From NCBI RefSeq assembly GCF_006345805.1, contig NC_043009.1, forward strand, positions 70,742,001 through 70,806,000: a DNA stretch of 64,000 nt. The letters run 5' to 3'. Of the stretch, positions 38,530-52,957 are shown piece by piece (the first letter of the stretch is position 1; each line of letters starts with the position of its first letter). Made by a program: the position numbers and the translations under genes. The notes beneath the pieces are model-generated. The model worked only from the letters and a program-made list of their open reading frames with translations. It searched no databases and was not told where the DNA came from. The stretch is from Octopus sinensis. Its lineage: Eukaryota.

Positions 38530-38730
38530 ATTGCCTCCGCCTTGGCGATGCCGAGGGTGTATCGTTTACAGATGCGTTTGTTTATTTGTTTCTCCGTGGA
38601 CATGATGTTTGAAGAACTGCTGGATGGATTCGGAGGAAACTTTCAGGGATGTTTAGCCTTGTGACTAGCACAAACACATTCGATGTTGTGATCGATCCGG
38701 TACCGGATAAGGATTCTGGATTATTTGTTA
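38530..38730 (+). mobile_element. Short non-autonomous repeat, possibly Helentron/DINE-like (copy 1)
   Basis: Begins attgcctccgccttggcg; shares ggtaccgga(t/c)aag(g/t)attctggattattt with 39255-39282. Confidence 0.35.
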
Positions 38731-39126
38731 TATTTACTTTACGCGATTAAGATCTTACGTTGACTTTCAAGTCTGTCTCAGTTATCTCCCTTTAGGTCGT
38801 TTCCAAAGTTTTATTTTCATTTCTCTGTTATTAATTTTACTTGCATCTCTATCTTAGTAGAAACTGATGGATAAAGAAATCAAAGTACATAAACAGCAGC
38901 AAAACCGTTCAGAAATTAAAGAACATTAACACATTTTTATAATATATATATACATTATATATTATATATACATATTAACACTTTACAGTATACTTACATA
39001 TACACATACATCTATACATCGATCTAAAACAAGAGGAATACTAAAAGAAAGCCGGAATTTAACAGAAGATAAAACAAAAAGGTCTCATGTTATTCATTTA
39101 AAAATTTCTTAATAGAACTTATTATT

Positions 39127-39300
39127 ATTACCTCTGCCTGTGAAACTATTTTGAATGGTGAATTTGTTAACTTTGGCTTGCACTAGATAAGGATAAACTA
39201 TTCATTACTGTTACTAAATATTCTACAGCCACCTCCACATTCCATGATCGCCCAGGTACCGGACAAGTATTCTGGATTATTTTCCCGTTTTTTTTTTTTA
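39127..39300 (+). mobile_element. Short non-autonomous repeat, possibly Helentron/DINE-like (copy 2)
   Basis: Begins attacctctgcc; shares the 28-nt block with 38699-38726. Confidence 0.35.
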
Positions 39301-39589
39301 CAGTCGGGTTCATTTTTACTATTCTTGTTTGTGAGAACAGTCGAGTTTATTTCAGATATTCTCATTTTAAAAATCGTCTCCGGCTGATCGTTGAAAGGGC
39401 GTTGGTGTTGCCTTGGCGTAGGTTTGCGCTCTCTGAGTGCTCATGTTGTTATTATTATTGTATCACCTACTTCGAACTTAATAGAGCAGACGTATGATGA
39501 AGCGTGTTCAAGCCTTTATCGTCCAACATGTCCTTCAGGCTTGATCATCCACGCGCACATTATGATTCCCTATTTACATTACGATATGT

Positions 39590-39985
<396 letters not shown>

Positions 39986-40876
39986 ATACGCAGACAATCG
40001 CACAAAAATACAGACATGCATGTTTGTGAATCCCAGAGAGTGTGTCTGTACATATGTATGCATCTATGGACATATGTAGCTTGGATCGGTTATTGTATGA
40101 CTGTGAAATATGGCAATTCTATTCAGAGCATTTTTGGATTATATTGTTGCAGCAAAAGTATTTTGGACAGCAAAATATATTTCTTTTACAAATTGTGTGA
40201 TGATGTTTTTGAATGCAAGCACAGACGCTTTCATTCGACATAGCAACCTGAGTTACAAATTGAATTTAAGAACATGGCGCTATATATCTGTTTTGTAAAA
40301 GAGGAATATTTATGCGAAAAACAGGGAGAGAATGCTAATATTATGGCGTCATGGAGAAAAACATACACAACGAAACCAAACATCCTTCAAGCATTAAACA
40401 TGTAATGCAGTTTGTTTATCTAATGCTGGTCTTATTAGCCAATCGAGGTTACATGGAGCAAAACAATCCACCGGAAAGGATACATCTGCTACTTGTCAGG
40501 ATTGTTCTTGACATTTATATGAGAAGAGATATTTATGCGATGATTATTGCAAAAGAAATTCGCAGCTGTGCCAGAAACTCATATTCGTTTATTAACAAGC
40601 GAGAGTCGTACACATGATCGAAACAATTTCCATCATCTGTCGACCTATCTCACTATTTACCTACCGATCCACACACAAATGTGCTCCAAGCTGCAGAAGA
40701 GACAGGATAAAAGAACCTTTTAAAATACGTTAAATGCCATAAAAAAAGGTAAAAAGGTACATGCAGATGCATACATAATGTATATGTGTACACATGTGAA
40801 TTTCATTACACACAAACACGCGCGCACGCACGTACACACACACACAAAAACACGCACATACACATGTGTGTATATA

Positions 40877-41172
40877 TATCACGTGATCACCGTGACCGAC
40901 CAGGCTATCAGATGTTGCTACACATCGCTGGTCACAATGCGCTTCGCATTGTTTTAGCATTCAAGTGACGCCACCCCGCTGGCTAAGCGAGCAGGCCAAC
41001 AGAAGAAAGAGTGGGAGAAATATGTGGTGAAAGAGTACAGCAGGGATCGCCACCACCCTCTGCCGGAGCCTTGGGGAGCTTCTAGGTGTTTTCGTTCAAT
41101 AAACACTCACAATCCAACCGCGATACTACATCCGCGAGTTCGCTGCACTAACCACTGGGCCAATGCGCCTCC
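40877..41172 (-). mobile_element. tRNA-derived SINE, family C
   Basis: Minus head ggaggcgcattggcccagtggttag (A-box), truncated B-box region, tail gtgaccagcgatgtgtagcaacatctgatagcctggtcggtcacggtgat followed by (TA)n. Confidence 0.65.
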
Positions 41173-41175
41173 GTG

Positions 41176-41211
<36 letters not shown>

Positions 41212-41300
41212 ATATATGAATGAATGTGCATGTTCGTATCTTGATAATCAAGAGTTATGTAAAAAAAGTTGTCTGTGTTTAGTCGAAAGAGCACAACAGA

Positions 41301-41400
41301 NNNNNNNNNNNNNNNNNNNNNNNNNNNNNNNNNNNNNNNNNNNNNNNNNNNNNNNNNNNNNNNNNNNNNNNNNNNNNNNNNNNNNNNNNNNNNNNNNNNN
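41301..41400. other. Assembly gap (100 N)
   Basis: Run of exactly 100 N. Confidence 1.
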
Positions 41401-41827
41401 AGGATGTAATATCTGCCATAGAAGAAATGAGAATAAACTCAGCTGCTGGACCAGATGGATTCCCAGCAGTCCTCCTAAAAACATGCAGGCATGCCCTAGC
41501 GGGACCACTGAAGAAGCTCTTCAGTGGTTCCTGGCTAACGGTAAACTGCCCAGGGCGCTAAAAGAAGGCACCATATGCCCTATCCACAAAGGAGGGAGTA
41601 GAGCAGAGGCCAAAAACTACAGGCAAGTCTCCCTGACGTCACACATAAGTAAGGTCATGGAACGAATCATCAGAAAAAAACTGATCACGTTCCTCTTTTA
41701 CTCTTTTACTTGTTTCAGCCATCCGGCTGAGGTAAATTTCAAGCCTTTACAATATCAAGCTGTAAACACATATACATTACAACACAACTATACTGGTCCA
41801 GGAGGGATCGAAATCCCAGTATCGAAA
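41401..41827 (+). mobile_element. CR1-group LINE fragment lacking the RT core, with an inverted 3'-tail insert
   Basis: NSAAGPDGFPAVLLK..KNYRQVSLTSHISKVMERIIRKKLITFL (to 41694), then antisense tail cttttactcttttacttgtttcagcc, then frameshifted KFQALQYQ..NYTGPGGIEIP homologous to 29825-29905. Confidence 0.8.
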
Positions 41828-44800
41828 TAAAAATGAGATGAGTGAATTACATCAGCGAACATATTATCAAAATTATTCTGAACCTTTCATATATTCAAAA
41901 TAGTTAAGCTGAGGCATATTCAATTTTGACAAATTATTAATTTATTTTTCAAAATAAGTGATTTATAAGATCTGTGAGAGCAAAAATGAAACCCTCATAT
42001 TTTCAACTTATATTTGAATATATAGAAATTTCTTAAGCTATGGAGCTTCATAAAGGAAAATATAAAGTCTTCATTTGGGTTGACGTTTTTGATAAAATCT
42101 ATTCCAACTCACTTCAGTTTTGTAATCTTCCTTTTCCCCACTGAATGTGATAGGGCCTCATATCTTATAATGAAATTTCATACATAGCGAAAGAAATATT
42201 AGTATCAATTCATAGGACGAAATACCTCGGTATTTTCTCCGAGAGAGAACAAATGAAATATTGGGATTCTTTTTATTTGTCACAGAATTAATTTTTGTTA
42301 ATGGGGTGATTAGAGCCAGTTAAACGGAACCCCATCTATATTCCTTTTATTTAATCTAATACGATAAGAAGGAATTTGAAGTCATCCTCATGCTTATTTG
42401 ACCTGAAAGACATAGGCTGGAGGCAAAATGCCACAAGGCATTGCAAAGTTTAATTCATCTCGACATCATTTTGTCAAGAATAGTTAAGTGCCGTGAGATT
42501 AAGATGCTTAAAAGGAATGGGAGACTAAGAAGTACTGCAAGGCATTTAATCCATCGCCTTATTATCCTACCACTAGAAAGCAGTGAGCAGACAGAAGCAT
42601 TGGCAATAAAGCAATAAAGCAATAAAGCCTAATTATTACATGAATAGACTACGTCGGGAAAAGTAGACTACGTCGGGAGCAATCTGTAGGATCGGTTGTT
42701 GATCGAACCTGTTTCATTGTTACGTACGAATTATCAGCACAGGTTTAATTGCCTTTCACAAGATGATGGTCGATAGAAGTCAGCGATTAATGAATAAGAT
42801 GTAAACTAGAATGTTCTTGGGTACATCTTTTATACATTTTCAATATTGCGGTTGAAGGTTAATTCCCAAAGAATAACGGAACAGTAAATTTCTGCTCACT
42901 GTGAACATCAACTTAAAATCTCCCGTGTTGCCTACAAACAGCAACTTAAAGGATGCTTCAAGTTGAATAAAGCAGAGGTACACATTCATTTTCCGATGTA
43001 TTTACCATGCGAATATATATATATATATGTGTGTGTGTGTGTATTTACATGCACACAGAAGTACACATATACCCTCATGAGCATTCATGCATATCCTGGA
43101 TCGCATTTGTAAGAAATATTACAAGGCGTATACATCTTGCAGAGTATTTAACGTAACTGATCAGAGAAAACGATTGATACACGAATTTTCTTCTTCCCAT
43201 CATCTGCCTCTGAGCAGCTTCCTTAGTTTCCTATCAAACTCTTTACTGTTTCTCAACGTTTATCATAAATTCATAATTTCTGTAATCTCTTCCATATTTT
43301 CCTTGTTTTTTTTACTTTCCCCAGCAAACGATCCAAATCATTATCTTTGTACGTTCACTACAGAAGTAGATATGTGCACAATTTGATATCAGTAACCGTC
43401 ATCATATACACACATACACAAATATATGTATATATGAGATGTGTAATTTTTAATACACTTGTACTTTGGTTTCGGTAGGTGGTGTGTTAGGTGTAGAAGG
43501 AACACATATGTCGGTGATTTGTGAGCAAGCGAAAAGAGAAAAAAATGCAATAAATCTATTTCGCATTCTTAATTTAACGTTTTCAGTTTGATAGTCAATT
43601 AATTAACTGCAGCAATCATATGAAGAAAATCAAATACTAAGTGTAATAAAAAAAATTATAAAACATTAACCAATATGAGGATACACTAACGATGCTTTCT
43701 AATTAAATCTCAAAATGAACTTTATCTTAAACAATATGCTACAGGGAATTAATTTTTTCTAGATTTAAAATTCCATTCATTGTAAATTCATAATATCTAA
43801 AAATTAATTAAATCCATTATGCATCCTTCAAATCTATATGTAGGAAATTGCAAGTAATTTTTTGCGTGTTATTTTGTGGGCTTTTTTTAAATGTTAGCTT
43901 TACATCTATTTTATATTAAGTGTTGTTATATTTTAGTCCGAACAATATGCACCCAAACTGAACATTCGGCGCCTATAGCGATCTCGTAATTGCCCACGTG
44001 GCATACTTCTTTTTAATTCCTTTGTCGTTGTTTTTTTATGAAAGATTTTCATTAATTGATTTTAAAACAAATGAGAAACTAAAGAAGGTCACTAAAGCCA
44101 ATAATGCTGCAAAATATATTAACTCTAATACACTGGAGTTAATATATACACACAAGAGTGGCATATTTGATTATCTTTGATTTATCTTTTTTATTTCCCA
44201 AATTATTTCTCATAAAAAATTCATTTGGGGGGCAATTTTTGGCCAATTTCGCAAAGACTAAGTAGACATTATGTAAGAGGTATATGGCAGCCAGTAGAAC
44301 TGTAACTTTTAAATGGTTGTAATTGGTGCTGAATATTTGTAGCACAGTAGCAAAATTCAAAAACAAAGAAATTGAAGTTTTCATCATGAAGATAATCAAT
44401 TATTTCTCATGATGCCACATATCTTTCTGCCACTTCTTTAGATGGAAAAGATGTTATATTATCAAGGGTGAGTGTGTTGAGTGTCGCAGTTTGTGTAGGC
44501 AACAGCCTGTTAAAGATCCAACTCATTACACGAAATTCTTTAACATGGGACCTACAATAGACCTATAATTCAAAGGTACTTAAATCATTACCATCTTGTC
44601 ATTACATGGACTATTTAAACTAAAATTCCCTATTTTTAAGGAGAGTAGGGTGTCATTTCAGGAAGATTTCTCTGCTATTTCCAACAGGCCAAGCAACTAC
44701 GTAGAAGTTTTCATGTTGGCTCATTAATCGACTAATATTCCCATCAAATATAAATAGGTTTAGAGGGAAACCTCGACTCTCACTGCTTTACAAAACATTG

Positions 44801-46704
44801 TCTAAAATCCACTTTGCTTTGTACAAAAGGCTGGATTTTCTGAAATGTTACCTAAATACTGAAAGCTTGCATAACATTTCAGATGCTGTGTTAATATTTT
44901 CCAATGCACATGGAATAATCATAGTCGTTGTGGCTACTAACTCCGTGTATAAGAGCATTAGAACCGCGATTCCGAAAGTTCTCTTTTACATCGCTCTCTT
45001 TAAATGATTATAAAACAATTGTCAGTTATACACACATTTTATAGGTTAGGGTAATTATATTTTCTAGAGTTCATGACATTTTCAGATCGTTAGGGACATT
45101 GGTGACGAAATTTAATGTTTATCGAGAATTAAAATCTTATTTACTCACAACGAACAAAATGCTTATTTTACAGTCTTAAACACGCATTTATTAAAATAAC
45201 CTGTTTTAATAATTCCCGCTGCTTAAATATTGACAAGCAGTGATCAATAGAATATCCTCGATGGCAACACACACATAGTTGAAATTATGAATGCATCGCT
45301 AATATCCACGCAAATGAGAGAAAAATTAAAATCTTTTTTGCCACAACGAAGAAATACTTTTGGCCAAAATATTTTGTCATTGAAAATACAAACACACTTC
45401 ACACATATATGTTTATCTATTTACAAATATAAGAAATATTGTGCAAACCTTTCCTTAAAAGCTTCTAGAAAATGACTATTAATTTTGTATCGGATTTTTC
45501 TTATGATTTAATATTTCCGAAAATCCTAAAATGTCCTATTTCAAAGTATAATGGTTTCCTGTTGGATGTTGGATTTCTAAATTTCAAATATTATTTCCTG
45601 TAATATTATCTTTCTAATCTTAGCTCGAGGTGTAAATATGAATTTCATTCTGAATATTGTAACTCATTCAGATGCTATCTATTTCTGGCCATTCTTCTAT
45701 TCTCTGCTGGCACAAGGAACAGCAAGCTTTTTGTTGGACTTCTTTTAATCCGCCTTATCTTGCTCTAGTCTTTCTCTGCAATTCCAATATCATTTTACGA
45801 AAAGGAAGCTGTTTCACAGTTTACGATATCAGTATCTAAGACAAGATATGATTCCCTTGTCATAATGTCTAGAATATAAAGAATTTTATATATTCGCGGT
45901 TGCTGCGTATTAGACGATGCTATCAATGAAACTGAAGATTTATCCTGTCAGAACAGCGTCGGAATTGGAGGCAAAAAGAAAAAACAAAGAGATCGGATTT
46001 GCTGACTACAAAGGTGTAAGATTTATATGAATTCTATTACTTGGAATACATTCTACACGAGTGATATAAATTACACACAAACACATGCACACACGCAAGC
46101 ACACACAAACACACACATATATATATATACATACATATATACATGCATATAAATATATATCACATACAATTACACTTATATATGTATATATACATACACA
46201 CACATATACATATATGTATGTGTATATATATATATATAATATATATATATATATGTATATATAATTTGTAATATATTGTTGTACTTATGTGTTTCAATAT
46301 CTACGTAAAGGTGTTTATATGTGTGAAACATGCATGTATGATTGTATAAGTTCAAAGAAACGAAAGTTATTGCAAAATATTTCAGGAAAGAAATTTTTTG
46401 CAAAGCAAATAAACTGTCGAATTATTAAGATCATAATAAAAGAGAATAAACAAAAGGTAGATTAGAAAAGAAAATATGAATGCATCTTAATATATATTAT
46501 CTCGTTCCTTGAATTCTGATAGTTTTTTTCTTATCAGCGTCTTTGTGTCACTTATGCTATATTATGAAATTTCTAGAGACGAATAATAACAATAATAATG
46601 ATGATAATAACATCAACAGCAAAGGTAGGTGAAATGTTGTTGACATTTCAGGTAACCTTTCGATTTCTAGCGAACAGAAAAAATATTGGGTTATTCGAAA
46701 TCTT

Positions 46705-46735
<31 letters not shown>

Positions 46736-47724
46736 CAATAACAATAATAATAATAAGAAGAAGAAGAAGAAGAAGGAGGAGGAGGAGACGACGACGACGA
46801 CGACGACGAAGAAAACATGTATAATACAAAAACAACGGCGGTGTATATAAATGCATTTTTTTTTTTAATATTCGATCTGCACATTTTATAAAAGGGTACT
46901 TTGGTAAAGATTAATTTTGTTTGTAGCCCTAAACACTTTTCTTTGGGCAGATTGAATTTTTTTTTTTAAATATCGGTATGGCATCCACCTATGTTGTGGA
47001 AAATGACAAATTTGAACATCTTGGTTAAACTTAACTCTTACTTGATGAAGATATTTGATATGAGAAGAAATGAAAGACATCCGGGTATGCTGTTCAAAAC
47101 TGAATGTATTAATCGTTATGAAAAAAACTACAAAGTGTGAAAAGAAATCAATATTAAAATTCGAAAATATTTTAACACCTTCACATTGAATTAGAACTAC
47201 ATTTGATAAAGATAACTATTAAATTGCATTAAATTTGATAGAACCATTAGAAATCATTAGAAAGATCTAAATATAATTTAAATTTGTTATTGACAAATGA
47301 GAGCGATTCAACATGGAATATCTAAATAACAACCCAGAGAGTGGAATATGTTGCTGTGAATTATTCAGATATTCCTAGGTTAGATAATTCGATGCTCTTA
47401 TCGACAGAAATAAATGAAAATCACACGTAGAACTTTCATAAACAATAAAATATAAATTGCTGCATTGTTAATTCTTATTTTGCTTTCTAAATTCATATAA
47501 TTGGATGTTTTCGTGAATGTAACTTACTATATCATTTATCACACCATTTTATTTTAGTAATTAGTAACATGTCTCTTAATCATATAACTGACAGACTGTA
47601 AGTAAATGTAAACAACTTCATTTATATAGGAAAATATCTGTAGGCTGACAACTTACTATCTGAGTCTCCAATTCAATCTTAGACATAGACATATCAAACT
47701 AATTCCATTATTAGGCATAATACT

Positions 47725-47727
<3 letters not shown>

Positions 47728-47769
<42 letters not shown>

Positions 47770-47791
47770 GTATGTATGTATGTATATATAT

Positions 47792-47833
<42 letters not shown>

Positions 47834-47836
47834 ATA

Positions 47837-47888
<52 letters not shown>

Positions 47889-48060
47889 TGTATGTATGTA
47901 TATATATATATATATATATCTATATATCTGTATGTATGTATATATTATATATATATATATATCTATATATCTGTGTGTATGTAAGTATATATATATATAT
48001 ATCTGTATATCTGTGTGCATGTAAGTATATATATATATATAAATATCTGTATGTATGTAT
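47728..48060. repeat. (TA)n-rich compound microsatellite
   Basis: Directly visible. Confidence 0.93.
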
Positions 48061-48182
48061 GCACACATACACTCATACACGCACCAATGAAAGCATCCGT
48101 TTGAACGAATAGAAATTATAGATTTCGGAAAGTAATACTCAAGTTTGTTACTTCCTTCTCCTAATAATGTCAATTTAAATTG

Positions 48183-48219
<37 letters not shown>

Positions 48220-50285
48220 CTGGTTTCGTTTATATGGATATTCGTCTGCTTAATTGTTTGCCTTTGTGCGTTTGTGTCTCCATCTCTATCTGTATTTTGC
48301 AGAATGCAGCGGGACTTTTGATGTTATATTATCGATGTTTGACTAAATAGAGACAAAGTAGTTGTAAGTAATAAAGAAAAAAAAAACGAAACGTTGTTAG
48401 CTCCGTCTTTTGTCAGGAGACTTCTATTGTACACATAAAAGACAGGATTTTATCTAATTGATAATTAATACTCGCACCTGTAATAATGTGTCTTTCCTCT
48501 TTCTCTAAAATAACATAGAACGGTGGATTGATTACATAGTTCAGCATTTGATGTCCGCCTCAAACTGAAATTTTTCATTTCGTTAAATTAAGACAAAAAT
48601 GCTATTAATAGAATGGATTGATTCCTCGTATTCTTGTGAAACTGATTATGTTTGGTTTTGGTTTAGACAACCTATCACTTGTCTATCCATTGTGTTTGTT
48701 ATTCAGTGCAGTTCAATCCTAATGCATTCGACCAAGGGCCAAATTAGTTCAGCTGCGACTATCGTTTACATAACATTTTACACTCAGTTTACACCGCGGA
48801 GCATACTCTTTATTCGCTGCAGACAGGGGTTCATAGAAATAACACGTTATGAAACTGTTGAGATCCCGTCTTCGGTAGTGTGCCCCCAACACACGAGCCC
48901 AACTGACGGCTTTTGTGCCTTCCTGTTTCAGCGCACGCACACTAGCTTGGATGATGCAACTTTCATTCTACACAGCAATTATATGGTCGAGTGCCATTCT
49001 CGTCGCTAGCCCGTTGTTATTTCACTTCTTGCACCTCTTCTAAGTTACAATTAGTTTATTTTCTACTCTAGTGTTTGCTATAGCAATCTCTTCGCTAAAC
49101 TAACAAATGTCTGTTTGATTTTCATTTCTCGTGAAACCCACCACTTATTGTTGCTGATAGCTCACGTCAATTCCCGCTTCACTAATAATCAAATCTGATC
49201 CCTGAAATCTTTTTGCGCCGAAAAGAACGCATTGATCTTCTAGTAACCAGGTCCTTCTCTACGTGTCTTTATATTTGTAGAGGTACATAACTTCAGGGCT
49301 GTGTATCCAAAGATCTGAAAAATGTGGGCAATTTATACAATGCCTATCTGCAAGCATATGAATATCTTATCTAAGTACGACTTGGATTACCGTCTATGAT
49401 TTTACAAAGTCCACATTGGCATATTCAGGATATCAAAGCAAAGACTGTGAGACAATTGGAAGCGTCTAAGCTACGAGAGGATTTTGCACCCCCATTTTTC
49501 CTCTCAGCTACCCACCCAAAATATTTTTTATGCGTTCAAGATCCCAATCCAGTCACCCACTGCCTCCACTAACTCCTATGAGTAAGATATTCGCAGGTAA
49601 ATCTCTAGATATCTAAAGACGTTCAGCCGCCCTAGCCCTGTGTGAGCATAGTCAAGGGTCTTTCGTTCCCTTCCTGACTTTCTGAAACACGCGTATACTA
49701 TATAGATAGACAAAATACCCAATACCTTTTCTGTCTACCTATTCTTATACCCGCCACACACACACGCAGACGCAAACAAACATACACAATCATACGAACA
49801 CACGACACACGTACACTCATATACTTATATGTGCCGCTCCAGCAAGGCCACAACACTCAGCACTGATGCATATAAGGGAAATGTTATATATATATATATA
49901 TATATGTGTGTGTATATATATATATATATGTATATATATACACACACACATACATATATATATATACATGCACACACACATATATATATATGCATATATG
50001 TATGTATGTATATACACAAGTACATAAATGCATACACGCATGTATAATCAGTGTGCATGCTAGGCTATACAGGATGTGTGAATCTTTCAAAGTTCCTTAA
50101 TCCCTGTGTGTTGTTTCTGCGAGTTTTTATCAATAAACGAAGGAACGTTTCAATGTTCCATCATTCTCGTTGATTTGCTGCAGAGTCCAAACGGATTCGC
50201 TTAACGACAAAGGACAAATAACTGTTATTTTCTGGCAATGCTCTTTTGTCCGGATCGTAGGCTACCTTCCGCTATTTTCAACCGC

Positions 50286-50405
50286 GTGGAGTAATCTGCT
50301 CACTCATGCTTACTCATGTGGAGTTCTCGTACTCACAAATGCTTACACATGTGGAGTACTCGTGCTCACTCGTGCTCACTCATGTGGAGTAATCGCGCTG
50401 CTCAT
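50286..50405. repeat. 32-33 bp minisatellite, about 3.6 copies
   Basis: Units start with gtggagt at 50286, 50318, 50351 and 50384; the first three end in actcat/acacat. Confidence 0.85.
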
Positions 50406-50689
50406 ACTTGTTGCTACAGCTCTTTTAACCTATTCACGACTTATGCTAAAAGCATTAGTGAAAGCACGTAGTCTTCCGCCGCTAATAACTACTTTACCCA
50501 GCCAACCGACCAGGTATTTGCGATTCTGTTAATCACTGTCTTGCTGTATCATTAGAGGAGAAATTTGTCTAAGAATTAATTTGATCCTAGTAAATGTTGA
50601 TGCGCAGACAGGGATCAGGATTTAGAAAACTCTACCGTTGCTACTGGACGCTTGTCATCCGCTACAAATACACTTCTAGCATTATTCCC

Positions 50690-51290
50690 TCATCTAAACC
50701 ATAAGGAAACTAAAGTCATGATAATAGGAAAAGAGAGGTTAAAAGTTAACTTCCAAAGGGGAAGTGAGAAAGTCCAACAGGTTGAACTGGTTCTCAAATC
50801 TCTGATGAAATCTGATGTGAGAAACAAATCGGGACATGACTAGCCATTACAAGAACGTCTATGAAAAAGCTTAAAAACATCTGGAGAGGCGAAAGTGTCC
50901 AAACTAGGTTCAAATCAAAGTTAGTACGAGAGAACATTTGGCTAATAGGCATTTACGGTTGTGAAACATGGACTTTGATTAAATTTGAAGAGAACGTTAG
51001 CAGTTCGTTTGAAATGTGGGTTTCTAGGAGAATGTCACGAGTCTCTTACAAGAATCATCGGACCAATGAATGGGTGTTACCATAATCAGGGGAAGGACGA
51101 CAACATCTGAACATTGAGAAAAAACAGAAACTTATTTATTATGGCCTCCTTTGAAGAAGCAGAGGATTGGAAGACATTATCATAGAAGGAAGATCAGAGA
51201 AAAGTAGATGAGGAGGCAAGCAAAGAATACAATGGATCGGCAATATCACGAGCTGGTTGGGCAAGGGTGGCAAGGCAGGTGGAGAGTGGC
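50690..51290 (+). mobile_element. Decayed RTE-clade LINE 3' fragment
   Basis: LNHKETKVMII, IYGCETWTL..FEMWVSRRM.RVSY..RTNEWV, LEDIIIEGRSEKSR..QWIGNITSWLG. Confidence 0.8.
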
Positions 51291-51938
51291 TGGCGCTTAA
51301 TTGGGGAGATTTTTGTTGTAGCGATATCAATGGTCTGCTCGTATAGGATACATGACGACGACGTTTAGCGGAGTTCTCAAAAGAGGAATATTGCAGCGTT
51401 GAAGCTCTCGAAAGCAGATCCACGTTAAGTGGGATGTACAAAATGCCAAACTGAATTTGTCTGTTTGCTGGCCATTCTGATAACACCAACTACATTACTG
51501 CAGAACCATTCTAATAGACATACAAGATGAAAAGGACTCCGAAATCAAGCAGAATGGTTCACAGATCTATCTGTATCTCCATGTTCAACACTTTGTGTAG
51601 TCTCTGAAGAGTTCAGTATCAATTCTCTTCATATATATTTCTATGAAGTCAAAGAGGGAAATGGTAGCATAGATGGGTCTTCTCAGCCTTTACATGCGAA
51701 CTCTTTATCAATGCTTTAAAATTAGTTTTTTCAGAAAGATTTCAGAACCACATTAAATCTTGCCATAGTGCACGTAAACTGACCCGGAAAAGAAAGAGAT
51801 AGAATATAAGAAATACAGAAAAAAAGAAAGTGAGAGAGAGAGAGAGAGTGACCGACAGAGAGAGAGAGGCAGAGGCACGACTCTGCTACACAAGCACACA
51901 CGCTTGCACACACTCACATATATATACACATAAAATTC

Positions 51939-51987
<49 letters not shown>

Positions 51988-52066
51988 TAAATGGATAGAT
52001 AGATATAAATATATATGTATGTGCATATATATCTATTCACCCGTTATATGTTGCACACACGCATGT

Positions 52067-52328
52067 GAAGGCGTGGCTGTGTGATAAGGAGCTTGTTTTC
52101 CAAATACATGGTTCCGGGTTCAGTTCCACTTCTTGGAAACTTAGGCAAGTGTCTTCTACTATAGCATGGAGCCGACCAAAACCTTGTCAGTTGATTTGGT
52201 AAACCGATACAATAAGTACTAGGTTTAAGAAATAATTCCAGGGACGATTTGTTCGACTAAGCCCCGAGAAGTCAGTGCTCCAGCATGGTGCAGTTGGATG
52301 AGTGAGAAAGTAGAAGAATAAAAGAATA
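52067..52328 (+). mobile_element. SINE family B, internally deleted (head joined to tail)
   Basis: Head gaaggcgtggctgtgtgataag, CORE-like ggcaagtgtcttctactatagc, then a jump at ggtaaaccgata to the tail gtgctccagcatgg..aaagaata. Confidence 0.8.
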
Positions 52329-52555
52329 TGTATGAATGTGTATGTATGTATATATGTATGTATGTATATATGTATATATATATATGTATGTATATATGTA
52401 TGTATGTAAGTATGTATGTATGTATGTATGTATGTATGTGTGTGTGTATGTGTGTATGTATGTATGTATGTATGTATGTGTGTATGTATGTATGTATGTA
52501 TGCATGTATGTATGTATGTATGCATGTATGTATGTATGTATGTATGTATGCATGT
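52329..52555. repeat. (TATG)n microsatellite
   Basis: Directly visible. Confidence 0.95.
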
Positions 52556-52808
52556 AAGAATGTATGTGATTCCGACGTATGCATACATCTATGTACGAAT
52601 ATATGTATGTATTCGTATCAGATCTTGCCAGTTATATCACAGTGATATTTGATTCTCAACTCTGCTCTTTATATGACGTATTCGTTTTCTCGATGAATAT
52701 TTTTCCCTGCCCCCGCTTCCTTAAATCTACATATGTGCACTTATATACGTGTTAGCCTATAACTATATTGCATCCATATTCAAATATTTGCGTAAAATAG
52801 GCCTCTGT

Positions 52809-52847
<39 letters not shown>

Positions 52848-52890
52848 GTATATATTTATATATGAAACAAACACGCACAAACCCTTATAT

Positions 52891-52957
<67 letters not shown>

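Noticed and set aside
43087-43390. 99-aa plus ORF and Lys/Glu-rich minus-strand text (EFDRKLRKLL)
   Set aside because: The minus frame has several stops and the plus ORF looks like its shadow; possibly a very old LINE piece but unsupported.
48599-49009. 136-aa ORF in unique sequence
   Set aside because: No recognisable motif or splice context; cannot be separated from chance.
50286-50405. CRISPR-like array
   Set aside because: Tandem units without unique spacers, in a eukaryotic context with no cas genes.
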